DNA from: a virus
Taxonomy: Duplodnaviria > Caudoviricetes
Length of the DNA stretch: 64,000 bases
Virus record (IMG/VR): IMGVR_UViG_3300009031_000368
Coordinates: 1-64,000 of that record
Reading direction: 5' to 3' (one strand)
Position 1 is the first letter of the stretch; each line of letters opens with the position of its first letter. Below, piece after piece: positions 9,987 to 20,727 of this stretch. The notes under the pieces are model-generated. The model saw nothing but the letters and a program-made list of their open reading frames with translations, searched no databases and was not told the origin of the DNA. The position numbers and the translations under genes were made by a program.

Positions 9987-10313
9987 ATGGAGATATCGAT
10001 GACTTACCCAATTCCGACAAAAGAAGATAAAGGCCAGTATTTCTGGTACAAAGAGCACTACCCACGATCAGTGAAAACGGCAGAAGCGGAAGTTGTCCGT
10101 ATAAAGACTTCATGGATTATCGCTAGTGATGAGAAGGTAAAATATTGCAACGCAGAAAACGCCAATGCATATGAAGTCGTGTTCAGTTATCGTGGCGGAT
10201 TATCTTACTTTGTCGTTATGCTTGATGGCACCGTCGTAAAGCAATTCCGTAATATGGTTGGCGATATTGAACAAATATGGGGACCGAAGGTTATCATGCC
10301 TGACGATCTTTAA
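9987..10313 (+). CDS. hypothetical protein
   Basis: 108 aa downstream of the plus-strand promoter. Confidence 0.6.
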   Translation: MEISMTYPIPTKEDKGQYFWYKEHYPRSVKTAEAEVVRIKTSWIIASDEKVKYCNAENANAYEVVFSYRGGLSYFVVMLDGTVVKQFRNMVGDIEQIWGPKVIMPDDL

Positions 10314-10318
10314 TCTGC

Positions 10319-11809
10319 CTATGAAATGACTCCAGCCATGACAAGAATCAATTCCTTGACATCGTCGATGCCGATTCTCAACTGAATGACCATCATGTAT
10401 CCGTCGTCCTGTCGTTGGAGAGATGAATCAGCTTCATACCCGGCTTCGTTGAACATATTGTCGATAGCACGCTGAATGTTTGCCGCTTCCCTGCGCTCTG
10501 TTGCGGGGAAAAATTCCTCAATATTAACCGCATAGCGTCCATCCACGTAGATATCTGGCTGGATGTTTCTTTCACCATGCCTGTCAACCATCTTGATGAT
10601 ATGTCTGACTCGGCTGCTTGTGTATTTTAGCAACAACTTGTCATATTCGTGATTGGTGCCAAACTCCTGTCGATAGATGTTGTCAACATTTGGTTCTTCT
10701 CTGCTCGATTCAACGGCCAGTTTACTTTGTTTCACCTTCAGCTGTTTAACCTTGCTGCCGTTCCAAACGTTGACATGTTTGGCAATGCCGGCGAAGTAGA
10801 ACTGAGCCAACTGGTTTATGTCATTCTCGTAATCCGATAACCAAACGGCTTCGCGCTTTTTAGGCTCTCGCTTTTCGCGCAACCGGATGAACGGTCCAGT
10901 CAGTTCATACTCTTCCTGATCCGTTCCAACGGCTGAGAATCTTACGTATTCTCCTTTCCCGTCCTTAAACAAATACACATCAACAATAACCTTGCCTGTT
11001 TTGATATCTGCTATAACGTCATCGACACCATTTGATACAATGGTAGATTCCTTCAACCGCTTACCGGATTCATTATACCCGAACAACAATAGCGCATCTG
11101 ATTCCCTCTTGATATTGGCGAAGTGTAATGCGTCCTGAAGATCTCTAATCTTCTTAATATCGGTGGCGCGTTTCGTTACTCTTTCAATATCGCTATCATA
11201 CCTTGACAATACATCCGCCGCATATTCATCATCCTGGTGATCGTCCAATATCTCTTGTTCTGTTTGCTGATCCCAAAATGCAAAAATAATTTCTGTAGGA
11301 TCCGGCCGACCATGCTTCTTAATAAAATTAACGGCAAATTGATAATCTTCATCATCAAATCGTTGCTTTTTAGCCTTCGCCTCCGATAACGATGATTTCA
11401 ATACATATGCCAAATGCTTTGCAGATACTTCAGGCTCTAGCTCTAATGACTCACCATATAGCACCGGACGCCTAGAGTAAAAGTATGGATCAAATATTAT
11501 GAATTCAATCCCGCGCCTGATTCCACGATAGCCTTGATGCTTCAGATATTCTACTTCACCAACTCCGCTTCCGTTGAAGACTTGAAATCCATCACGGCCA
11601 GCCTGCTTCTTTACTTCGTCTGAATTCTGTGACGTAATGCTATAGAAGTCTGATTCATCAACCGACAGTTGATAAATGTATTTCGCACCATGCTGTTTGG
11701 CATATTCCAACTTTGAACTTGTGTAGAAACCAGGATAATATCCAGACAGTTGACGGGACGGATCCCAACTGTTGATTGGACTATTGGTGCCATGGTAAAC
11801 GGTAATCAT
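10319..11809 (-). CDS. multidomain protein with N-terminal ART-like (ART-PolyVal-type) domain
   Basis: ATG at 11809 with GGAG RBS; VYHGT, PGFYTS, YAKQHG and LKHQGYRGI...FIIFDP motifs; internal xxE|S/A sites. Confidence 0.6.
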   Translation of the reverse strand: MITVYHGTNSPINSWDPSRQLSGYYPGFYTSSKLEYAKQHGAKYIYQLSVDESDFYSITSQNSDEVKKQAGRDGFQVFNGSGVGEVEYLKHQGYRGIRRGIEFIIFDPYFYSRRPVLYGESLELEPEVSAKHLAYVLKSSLSEAKAKKQRFDDEDYQFAVNFIKKHGRPDPTEIIFAFWDQQTEQEILDDHQDDEYAADVLSRYDSDIERVTKRATDIKKIRDLQDALHFANIKRESDALLLFGYNESGKRLKESTIVSNGVDDVIADIKTGKVIVDVYLFKDGKGEYVRFSAVGTDQEEYELTGPFIRLREKREPKKREAVWLSDYENDINQLAQFYFAGIAKHVNVWNGSKVKQLKVKQSKLAVESSREEPNVDNIYRQEFGTNHEYDKLLLKYTSSRVRHIIKMVDRHGERNIQPDIYVDGRYAVNIEEFFPATERREAANIQRAIDNMFNEAGYEADSSLQRQDDGYMMVIQLRIGIDDVKELILVMAGVIS

Positions 11810-11881
11810 TAATTCTCCAACATTAGATGTCAATAAAGCGATTCGACACAATAATATTGTTTTATTGAAATGATGTCAACA

Positions 11882-13128
11882 TCATGGCAGGAAAGGATAG
11901 CTGGCAATAGGTACGGATGAATACTCAAACAATCCGCGCTCGTATGGATAATTCCAACCGTTACCGGAAGGTGTGTCCATTAGCAGTTTTGATTTCCATC
12001 CTTCAACGATGTAATCCTCGCCATCATCCAGATATCCTGGAATCCTATCTGTTGCCTTATGGTAAACGATTGAAACCAAGTTCGGCATGGGAGTTTGAAA
12101 TCGTTCAGGATCCATCGTCCACACGTACCACAACCCGCTTTTTAATTGATGCCGTTCCACCGATTCAATGGAAGGAATGATACACGTTTTATTTCTCGTC
12201 ATCTCCCAATACAGACATTCAATGTTTCGATGCTTGGAAAGAATAGCTTCCGCTATGTCTAATCCTTCATAGACAGGAACATACCTGCGCTTAAATGGCC
12301 TTTTTGTCTTTAGAAAGTCAAAGACCATACTGAATGTATCGCGCGTTTCAATCTGTCCAACAAGTAAAAACGTATCATCGATATGGTAATGTGTTGGATT
12401 TATCTCAACATCAAGATGTCTGACGGCTTCAATTACCTGTTCAGACGTTGTAAAAATATTAATCAATGATTGCTCCAACAGTCACACCAGATAACTATCT
12501 GGCGATAGATCTACACCGACCGTCTCAAACGTTTCGCCGTCACCGTATGCCGAATAATCCTCTGTTTCAGCATCCTCGGGTGTAATGCACCACACTCTGA
12601 TAATCTTACCTGAATGGCCAACATCGTTCGGACACCTAACCGGCCTGCCACCGTATCCAGCCTCAGATTGCTGCTTCAACAGTTCAATCAAATGATCGAC
12701 AGTGATACCTTCCGGGATATGGATATACTTCATCAATAAAGTCCTCCGTATTGGATGTCAGCGATCAGATTGCTGACAAACGGTTCCTGCAATGCCGTTT
12801 TGCTCGCCCGAAGCTCGGTCAACAGCTCAATGGTTCTCGCAGCTTTGACGGAAATGAACGCATTCAATCGTTCAATAAAGGCTTGTGCCGACACCTCATT
12901 CATGAAGTTAACAACCGTATACCCGTCGCAAAACGATGCATGATAGCTTGGATCTGTATCGGTTACCACCGACGCCAGGCGCAACATCTCTTCAATGTCA
13001 TACTCGGAATTCGTGTTCGCGAAGAGCCTATACAACTTCGCACGGAGCTGGCTCTCAAACACATACTGGTATCCAAGAAAATTTCCTCCTGCGCGGACGA
13101 CATCTTTCTCGAAACTGAAAGCATACAT
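11882..13128 (-). other. three hypothetical genes (11882-12478, 12482-12736, 12733-13128)
   Basis: tightly packed co-oriented ORFs; ATG at 13128 preferred for the last. Confidence 0.55.
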
Positions 13129-13162
13129 ATCGCGATTCTCCCGCAATCAATTGCACGATGGA

Positions 13163-13786
13163 TTAAACTTCCTCAAAACGAAACATCTCAATATCACTAG
13201 CAACACCGTTCAACGCAACCGCCAATCCGTCTTGAAGTTCTTCCATGGTATTATACGTGGTAGCAAACTGATACCCTTCTGGCTTGTCCTTATACACAAA
13301 CGACTGCCTGGCATGATGTACGCAATCACGAAGCGGCAATCCAGAAATAGCCCGTATCCCCTTAACGGCGAAGATTCTTCGTGTGTCATCCGTAACTCGC
13401 ACGAAACACTTAACGACACGGTAATCGGCACACCGCATCAGAGCCGTCAACACCAGACTACCAGAAACATCACGTCCAGTGGCAATGTCGTTAATGAACT
13501 GCGAAACCGTTTCAGCACTACATGTGAAATTAACCTGCATTGTGGAATCTCCTAAAGGCCGTACCGGTGAAACTGAAACAGACATCTTACCATCGCGCCG
13601 ACCGTCCATGAAGACATGTAGCCGTCGCCGATAGTCCGGATATAATTCTGCGCAACCCAATCCCGAATCATTTGGCTTTCTAATCCTGTCAGATTCCGTT
13701 CCAGGTACCAGTAAGCCTCCCGGCTCATATACTCGAAAAGCTCTTCTTTTGGATCCGTGAAATGCATATCCATGCTGGCTCCGCAT
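13163..13786 (-). CDS. hypothetical protein, C-terminal segment weakly bL12-CTD-like
   Basis: 207 aa downstream of the promoter at 13802-13830; RIFAVKGIRAISGLPLRDC. Confidence 0.5.
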   Translation of the reverse strand: MRSQHGYAFHGSKRRAFRVYEPGGLLVPGTESDRIRKPNDSGLGCAELYPDYRRRLHVFMDGRRDGKMSVSVSPVRPLGDSTMQVNFTCSAETVSQFINDIATGRDVSGSLVLTALMRCADYRVVKCFVRVTDDTRRIFAVKGIRAISGLPLRDCVHHARQSFVYKDKPEGYQFATTYNTMEELQDGLAVALNGVASDIEMFRFEEV

Positions 13787-13801
13787 GCTTACTGTGAATA
13801 C

Positions 13802-13830
13802 ATGATATCATGCATGACAGAGAATGTCAA
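13802..13830 (-). promoter_or_regulatory. early promoter
   Basis: TTGACA-17 bp-TATCAT. Confidence 0.75.
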
Positions 13831-14093
13831 GATAATAATTAATCGTCACATCCTGGATAGTAGATTCCCACTCACACGATTATCCTGATATGAAATCTAA
13901 CCAGATTATTGCCGCTCTGTAAGTTCATGACATCCACACTCTGATCCGCTCAATGGCGTCTCTTGAATCAAACTCACGAACCATTTCATCATTGCTGGCA
14001 AGACACTTCAACAAGTCTCGAAGCCAAAAGGAAACAGATTCGGATACAGATGTGTACTGAATTCTAACTGGAAGATTGCTCACAGCTTAGTCC

Positions 14094-17000
14094 TCACTTA
14101 ATGGCCACATTGCCGAATCGGCCTTCTTCACCGATTGTAGTTACTAATCTCCATGCCACACCACGAATACGGTAAAGCGCATCCTCAAATACTCTTCTCT
14201 CTGACGGATCCAATTTGATTCCAGTCCTGTCTGCTTGATCAATCAGATCTTCAATTTCTTTTATCTTCGCCGTTACGGCGGCCAAAAGTGCGACACGATC
14301 AAAATTCATTTTGTTTCCATTCAGGTTTTATTACTGGTTATCCCGCCATCCCGGATTGTACCTGACATTCTCTTCCAGCAGGTTTGTAATCAAAGACCGA
14401 TTGACTTCATCCTGTTCGCGGAGTTCCTCCATCGGGATCTTCACGAAGTCAACGAACGCCGCAATAGACATTTCGCCGGCAGAAAGCCTGGCTATTGCAT
14501 TTTCAACATCACTCAACACTTCCGCGTTACGTCCGAGTCTAAGCATCGTCATTTCCTTCCCTATAATCAATTCAATCCATAACAGCCAAGTTTACCATCG
14601 GCCACAACCAGGCTTCATCGAATCGATGGCCCAATTGTTCCACGCATCATACCAGTAAACATTGGCCGGCATATGGCCAAGGAATCCGCCCTGAATGACA
14701 AGATCTGAATCGCCATTGGCGCCACCGACGATCTTGTATGCCCCGGTTCGCGTATCCTGTCGCCAACTGGCCCATGTTTCCTTGCCATCCCGCCATACGA
14801 CCGTAAGAATTTCAACGCTCACACCAGTTTGACAGAATAACTGCTTCAGCAATTCACCTGGTCGAAGTTGCGCGATAAAACTATTGAACGTCGGCTTTTC
14901 ATCATTATAATGAGTCGCCGAAAACCTGATACAGCACTTAAAGTGCAGGATATCGTTATTCAACACGGTGAAGCATTCCAACGGCAGAGGAATCCTGTCA
15001 GCTTCATTGGCAGGAAAGATATCCGCCCGCGCGGGATAGTATCCGCGATATCCTTCAACTTCTACTTCCGGAAGGAAAGGATAATCTTTACTGGCTGAAA
15101 AGACCGGACGTGGGCGCGACATATTGCCTCCGTGAAGTTTCAAGGTCATCAATATGATAACAATATAGCATCCTTGGCCGGAATGTCAAGAACTTTTTAA
15201 GCGATATCTCGTTTACTTGTAGCTGCCATAATAGACACGCCTGGTTTCGTCGCCAATATACTGATCCTTGTCGGCTGGCTGGCCATCGGCAACCCATCGG
15301 GTATAACCGCCATTCATCCACTCACTATAGCCAAACCCGTGATAGTTACCTGAATCCATCAGAATCTTTTCAATCATGGAGCAAATACCGTGCCTAAAAT
15401 TAGCATCATGGGTTTTACTGTCGGGAAGCGCCAGCAGCCGGTTCGCCTCTTCCAGCATTACAGATACATCAAACGTCTTACGGGTAGCCATGGCGTTACT
15501 CCTTCGCGCAATTGATTGCAGACAACCAAACAATCAATAAAACCAACCATCCGAGATCGAGAGATTCCCGCCATCATCCAGATCGACAAAATACCCACTT
15601 GGCGACAGCCTTCCTGACAATGTAAGACCTCGATACGCCAATACCGCATTGCGACCATCATGGACCAGCTCCCGGCCATTTTCATACTTGATGTAGGTAA
15701 GCATTTCGTTCTCCACTGACTGAATTGTTTAAAACTACATACAGTATAGCCTGGAAGGTAGCCTTTGTCAAGATAAATTTAAGAAAAAGAAATCTCGGGC
15801 TGACATCCGAACTGTTCAAGGTCAGAGGCTAGCTCGATCGCCTGAGACTCGTCAACGGTGCTGTAACCGTAAAAGTCATTACGTTCAAGCGCAGACATTA
15901 CGCCATCAACCATCCACTTGTCGATGTGTCGGTTGAGGATGTGTCTCAAGTGGAGAACGTCAGAAGATGTAAACGAAGCCGGTAGCCGGAATACGATACG
16001 TGTCATGACAGAACCTCTTGTGCAATTGATTGCGTGCTGTTACCTTGAATCTTGAATCAATCAAAAATTCCAAGAGTTTTCCAGTGTTGGATGGTTTCAT
16101 CGTAAACGCTATTCAGCCATGCAACATACTCGTTAACAGCCTGCTCGTCACGCGACCAAAATTCGATCAATATCCAACCATCATCGTCTCCCTGCAAGAA
16201 CGGACGGGCGGTCTGGCGCTTCAAATAAAACATTGAATCGGTACGGTTATCTAATACCGCACTACGAAGGAATTGACACTGTTCAACCGTCACTCGCTGA
16301 ACTTCGATACACAGCATACCGTGAAACGACGTCGTTACCTTAAACATTTCATGCTCCTTCCAGTTACATGCTCGAAATCATGATACATCATAGCATGAGC
16401 ATGAACTAATGTCAAGGAAATTTTCTATTATTCTATGGATGCCGTCCATGCCTTGAGCGCAGCAACGACTGCGCCTTCCATGGTGGATGATTCTCTGCTT
16501 CCAACCTGGTAATTCCTGGCATTAGCGTGGTGCCTGCGTGGCGTAAAGTCACAACTATAACCCGTTTCATCTTGACCAAGGCCGAACGACAGAACGTAAT
16601 ACTCGTACCGGGCCAGTGCGTCGGAAACCGTGTCAGCAACATTCTGTCCGACGATATTTGTAAAATGTCCATAGTCGGCCGAGCTACCATCAATTACCCA
16701 ATCGATGATAGAACTGTATTGTACGTCAAGCATACAGCCTCACTGGCTTGGTTCTATGTTTATGTTACTCCAGGAAAATCACATCATCGTAATTGAGCTG
16801 TGTATCACATCTATTCCTTTGCGAATATGCAACCACGATTGGCCCATTATCTGACCCTTTGTCGATTTTGGCGATCGTATAACAACCGCACACGAATGCC
16901 ATACCGGCTTTAGTGTATACGGTTTTGAGTACCTTTGCCAACCGCCAACCGTCCCAGTGACCTTTATACTGAGGATATGCTGAATGCGCGGTTTCTGCCT

Positions 17001-17603
17001 GTTCGCGGTAAACGTTTCGCAGATGCTCGACCATAACCTGGAGATTCATGATCGATCGATCGAGATCTGTCAAGCTGGCTTCACGGTCTTTGCATGACTG
17101 GCACATCAGATTGTCTCCCACTGGCGTTATTGGTCAAAACCAAGTTACGCCTATCAATATATCATACCAGGATGGAATGTCAAGAAATTTTTAGAAAATT
17201 ACAACACGTTGGCGATGACCTTAGCTGATGCCAGGACAGGATCGTCATCGGAACGGGAAAGCGATGATTCACGAATATCGTCGTGATACATTTCCCAAGT
17301 TTCATCACTCAGTCGCGGTGAATCCTTGAATGTCATCTTGATCCCAACACAAATTGGAAATTCGCTCATGCGCTTACCTGTATCATTCAAGCGGAATACT
17401 TCCGCCTTTTGGTAACAGTAACAGCAGTCGTCATTATTGCTGTGGCTTGTCAAAACCAACACGAACCTGTTACCGTTGACGACAAACTCCGTGCTGCCGT
17501 CGTCGCAGGCATTAAAGATCGTCACGTCAAGTGACTTGCTGATCCAGTTCTCAGGATTGATGGTTACGATACGAAAAAACCGACGTGAATTCTGCTTAGC
17601 CAT
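14094..17603 (-). other. promoter-delimited cassettes of short hypothetical genes (14094-14309, 14331-14570, 14592-15152, 15213-15491, 15534-15716, 15779-16006, 16057-16347, 16428-16733, 16765-17121, 17199-17603)
   Basis: co-oriented ORFs with RBS; promoters with -35 boxes at 15184, 15766, 16410, 17178 and 17665. Confidence 0.6.
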
Positions 17604-17679
17604 GCTGCAACAACTCCCATATTCATTGTTGAAGATGACTACATTATAGCAAGTGAGTTACAAATGTCAAGAAGTTTTT

Positions 17680-18174
17680 CTATGGATTTTCATCATCGTC
17701 AAAATAATCGTAATTCCAAGGTTGGTCGACTTCCTCAATATACTGTTCGATTATGCGTCTCTGCTTAAAGGCCATATCTGCCCTGGCTCGAATGTTCGGC
17801 TTATTTGACTTAGCGTAATGTTCTGCAAGATCGTCCATAGAAGTACAGATCAAATACAGACTAAGGAGGAATGACCTATCGTCAGCGTCAGGGATGTATA
17901 TCTTACCGTGTGCAGACATTGCACTAAAAGTAAAGATGATATCACACAATTGAGACACACGCTCCTTGGCTGTCTTACTATTATCCTTACCCATATACTG
18001 TACAATATAATCAAAGACATCAAGCCAATGTTTTACTGGTACGACATCTCTGCCAATAACTTCAGCATCCTCTCTCAATTGCGCAACGAACTTATTACGT
18101 TCAAGACTTCCAATGTGGTTAATGCCAGACTCCTCAAGCATATCTGCTATAAAACTTAACGACTGATTCATCAT
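17680..18174 (-). CDS. hypothetical protein
   Basis: ATG at 18174 (MMNQSL) with GGAG RBS; the longer ORF-track start runs through AT-rich intergenic DNA. Confidence 0.6.
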   Translation of the reverse strand: MMNQSLSFIADMLEESGINHIGSLERNKFVAQLREDAEVIGRDVVPVKHWLDVFDYIVQYMGKDNSKTAKERVSQLCDIIFTFSAMSAHGKIYIPDADDRSFLLSLYLICTSMDDLAEHYAKSNKPNIRARADMAFKQRRIIEQYIEEVDQPWNYDYFDDDENP

Positions 18175-18325
18175 TTCATCAACTCCTTTAGTTTCCAGCT
18201 TCCGCCTGTGGCTAAATAGCCACGGGACATATACAATATTCCACATTATTAAATTATTTTCAATAAAATAATAGTAGAACAAAACAATAGCATAAACATT
18301 CAATATAATCTAATATAGGTGCTGT

Positions 18326-18625
18326 GTGAATAAAATAATGGAATATGTGGTCTGGCGGTTTCAGAATGGTGAGTTAACGGTATCAGGCGCTATTTACGAA
18401 TTGTTAAGTTGTGATAATACTCTATCATTTATAGAGATGTCAAAGCTGCTAGGATGTAGCGAGATAGCCGTTCATGTCTCAATGGTGAAACTAAAAAAGT
18501 CTGGACGAGTAGTCTCACACAAGAATCCATCTGATAGAAAACGTAACGTGTACGAGACATTTAGTTATGAGCAAATACATCAAGATAGAACAGGACGACA
18601 AAGCGACGCATCCAGCGTTCCTTGA
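18326..18625 (+). CDS. winged-helix DNA-binding protein
   Basis: LSFIEMSKLLGCSEIAVHVSMVKLKKSGRV HTH pattern plus wing DRKRNVY; alternative ATG at 18338. Confidence 0.7.
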   Translation: MNKIMEYVVWRFQNGELTVSGAIYELLSCDNTLSFIEMSKLLGCSEIAVHVSMVKLKKSGRVVSHKNPSDRKRNVYETFSYEQIHQDRTGRQSDASSVP

Positions 18626-20723
18626 TTTCCTTCGAGCATTACCCAGCCAACCGAATTGTGCTAACGATTATCAAAGTAGCCCCACTCGCTTCCTCAGCAA
18701 AGAGGAGGCAATCGCTTATCGATACATCCAACCTGTTTCAGAATTAAAGCTTGGTGTGATAGTACATGACGTCGACCGTGAAGATAGCCTTGAATTTCAA
18801 GGTGAACACATCGGCCCACACATCATCGTTAAGAATAAAGACAATGGAAAATCTCACTACGTTGAGATTATTGAAGGTGCCATATTTGAACGTGATTCGA
18901 CGGATAAGGCAAAGAACCTATACGGCGACATGAAAAAGAAGCTCACCATTGATTATGGTGCAGATGAAAACTATTCCAGCGTGTTCGTAAAGAATCCATT
19001 CAGTGAAGACTTCGACGCCTACGTGCTGGCCGATTATTGTGGTCCACGAAAATTGAAGGATACCGCCAAACTTGTCAAGGATGTCAAAATCCCAACAGCT
19101 ATGAGGTACTCCAAATCCGGCCGTCGTGCCACTTATATAGATCCTACCACGGTAGTTGTCGGTTGTAGGAATAGCAGTACGTTTCATAGCTGTAGGATTA
19201 AATCGTATCAGCATGTTAGATTCTGTACTGAAAGACAACAACTGGTCGACTACGTATTTCAAACATGCAGTGAGTATAACGACCAAATTCCCGTTCCAAT
19301 GGATAAAGCCGAGATATGGAAGATAACCAGGTCCATCGTAAAGTATACTTGGCGCTATAGGAGTAAATTCGCAAACGGCTATCGTAGGTCTTCCCCTTAT
19401 GAAGGAATGAGTCAAGAAGAGATAATGAAGATAGTCGGGAAGAATAAGACTGAAAAGACAAAGCTGAAAGTAGCTCATGGTGCTGCTCAACTACTTGCTG
19501 AAGGTATTGTTCCAACCGTTACCGAAGTCTCTCGCATCACCGGCTGTAGTCGATCCACTGTTCAAAAGCCAGAGTACAAGGAAGTCATCGCACAAGTGGT
19601 TGCTGGCACCTACTGCTTCGGGATCGATTCCCATACCAATCACGGGGTTTCATGTAGTTCCCAGTCTGAACCATTACAGAAGAACAATGAGACATACAGA
19701 GAAGAAGGTAAAGCAGACCATCATCCACTACGGCACTGTGTAGATCATCATGATCCAGAATTCAAAGACATTATAGATGCGTGGAATAACAGCACCATAG
19801 AGGAACAGGTTGACGCTGCTACTGATGGTGTCGATAATGGGGCTAAAAAGAAGGTCAAGAAAGCCTTTAAGCGACTTGCCGTCAACCAGCTTGAAAAGCG
19901 AATCCGTAGATGTAATAAGGTGGCTGAAGTTGAAGCGTTTATTGCAAGTTACGGCATCGAACCAACCGGGCCTACCGATACTTGTTGGGTAAAGGGTGAC
20001 TTCATGAAGCGTAATAGTGTGACGTTTGGAATGAAGTGGAACAACCTTAGCGCACTGGCGTTTCCCATGTATGATGAGGAAGGGAATTTCGCCAATGTGC
20101 TATTCCGGACAACCGTTTACGGTGAAAAACATTGGACGCAAAACAATAATCATAACCTATGTTTGGGAGACACAGTATTTAATCCAGGCGATTCCGTTAT
20201 ATTAATGGAAGGCGAAACGTCAGAAACATTAATGCGTGCAATGTGGGGATGTGAGGAATCGATAAAAGTAGTTGGTGTGCCAGTATTTGCCGACATGAAT
20301 CAACGATTGTTAGAACGGATTGCAACATCGATCGGGCCGGAAGGGCGGGTAACATTGGTAAGACGGATGAAGAGTGATGGAGTAAAATGGATCATCGATG
20401 GGTTCAAAAGTTACGGCATCCGGGCGGCAGAAATCGATTGGAGATTGATGTGTTGTATGTGTGGTTTGTCGATTGTTGAAGGTGAGGAGCTTGACGAATT
20501 CTGTAACTTCGCCAAGTATGTGAATGACCGGTATGGGCATGATTTGTTTATCGATTATGTCAGTGAAGCAATTAGATCCGGCCATGGTGATGAATCAATG
20601 TGGTGTTACATGAAACCAGTTAAAGCAATAGATGATCCGATGGCTTGGGTTTATGAACAGTTGGCGCGTTACAGGGAAGGCTTAGATGTCGATTTTAATC
20701 CAAACGATACAATGATGTTTTAA
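18567..20723 (+). CDS. ColE2-type replicase (AEP + PriCT-1 + HTH) fused to a DnaG-like TOPRIM region
   Basis: RYIQ, VIVHDVD, IVKNKDNGKSHY, GADENYS and KNPFS (Replicase); GCRNSSTF and EIWKITRSIVKYTW (PriCT-1); TEVSRITGCSRSTV (HTH); LAFPMYDEEG and ILMEGE (primase RNAP/TOPRIM). Confidence 0.75.
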   Translation: MSKYIKIEQDDKATHPAFLDFLRALPSQPNCANDYQSSPTRFLSKEEAIAYRYIQPVSELKLGVIVHDVDREDSLEFQGEHIGPHIIVKNKDNGKSHYVEIIEGAIFERDSTDKAKNLYGDMKKKLTIDYGADENYSSVFVKNPFSEDFDAYVLADYCGPRKLKDTAKLVKDVKIPTAMRYSKSGRRATYIDPTTVVVGCRNSSTFHSCRIKSYQHVRFCTERQQLVDYVFQTCSEYNDQIPVPMDKAEIWKITRSIVKYTWRYRSKFANGYRRSSPYEGMSQEEIMKIVGKNKTEKTKLKVAHGAAQLLAEGIVPTVTEVSRITGCSRSTVQKPEYKEVIAQVVAGTYCFGIDSHTNHGVSCSSQSEPLQKNNETYREEGKADHHPLRHCVDHHDPEFKDIIDAWNNSTIEEQVDAATDGVDNGAKKKVKKAFKRLAVNQLEKRIRRCNKVAEVEAFIASYGIEPTGPTDTCWVKGDFMKRNSVTFGMKWNNLSALAFPMYDEEGNFANVLFRTTVYGEKHWTQNNNHNLCLGDTVFNPGDSVILMEGETSETLMRAMWGCEESIKVVGVPVFADMNQRLLERIATSIGPEGRVTLVRRMKSDGVKWIIDGFKSYGIRAAEIDWRLMCCMCGLSIVEGEELDEFCNFAKYVNDRYGHDLFIDYVSEAIRSGHGDESMWCYMKPVKAIDDPMAWVYEQLARYREGLDVDFNPNDTMMF

Positions 20724-20727
20724 TCTG

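Noticed and set aside
18918-19515. Minus-strand ORFs antisense to the Rep gene
   Set aside because: They overlap a gene with strong family motifs and have no independent support.
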